Assembly (NCBI GenBank): GCA_963662545.2
Contig: CAXXLL010000003.1
Location: 1,856,001-1,920,000 of the forward strand
DNA: 64,000 nucleotides
DNA from: Gammaproteobacteria bacterium
Lineage (GTDB): Bacteria > Pseudomonadota > Gammaproteobacteria > Ga0077536
Reading direction: 5' to 3'
The translations under genes were made by a program, and so were the position numbers. Positions 63,884-64,000 of this stretch are shown one piece after another. Below the pieces are notes generated by a model. The model made no database searches and was not told the DNA's origin. It saw only the letters and a list, made by a program, of their open reading frames with translations. Each line of letters begins with the position of its first letter. Within the stretch, counting starts at the first letter, position 1.

Positions 63884-64000
63884 ATGAGTCCGACCGTATT
63901 TCGTGAAAAGGGTTACAGGTTTTTCTTTTTCTCCCTGGAAGAGTCACGAACTCATGTTCACGTGAGGTCCCAAGCCGGCGAGGCGAAGTTTTGGCTAGAG
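63884..64000 (+). CDS. DUF4160-family protein (toxin-antitoxin-associated), next cassette, 3' truncated by window
   Basis: MSPTVFREKGYRFFFFSLEESRTHVHVRSQAGEAKFWLE begins 10 nt after attC2; absent from the ORF track because it is incomplete. Confidence 0.8.
   Translation, partial: MSPTVFREKGYRFFFFSLEESRTHVHVRSQAGEAKFWLE

Overview
GC-rich (roughly 60% by eye) chromosomal segment of a gammaproteobacterium. The taxon is inferred from gene order: hemX-hemY, dsbA-cytochrome c4-yihA, prmC-prfA-hemA/TPR-lolB-ispE-tRNA-Gln-prs-rplY-pth-ychF, 6S-zapA-ygfB-pepP-ubiH-ubiI. Bases 1-59.2 kb are mostly housekeeping genes with accessory modules: a Baeyer-Villiger monooxygenase, an ECF sigma/anti-sigma pair with a small repeat peptide, a Gram-negative sortase with its VIT/vWA substrate, LemA-GIDE, and a putative Fur-regulated bfd-porin-FMN-binding-PepSY module. 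Several intergenic MITE/REP-like palindromes and an unannotated multi-hairpin C-rich sRNA candidate convergent with yihA are also present. The last 4.8 kb is a mobile region: an ISL3, a truncated IS481, then an integron-type cassette array (two related attC sites, a GFA cassette and the start of a DUF4160 cassette) with no integrase in view. The main finding is an IS110-family element inserted inside the second attC. Its upstream non-coding end can be read as a bridge RNA, with target-loop guides (TTGATCCAC / CTAACAAG) matching the attC flanks and donor-loop guides (ACAGTCA / TGCAAG) matching its own end junction. This suggests an RNA-guided recombinase programmed against integron attC sites. 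All family assignments come from motif recognition by eye; no database search was run.
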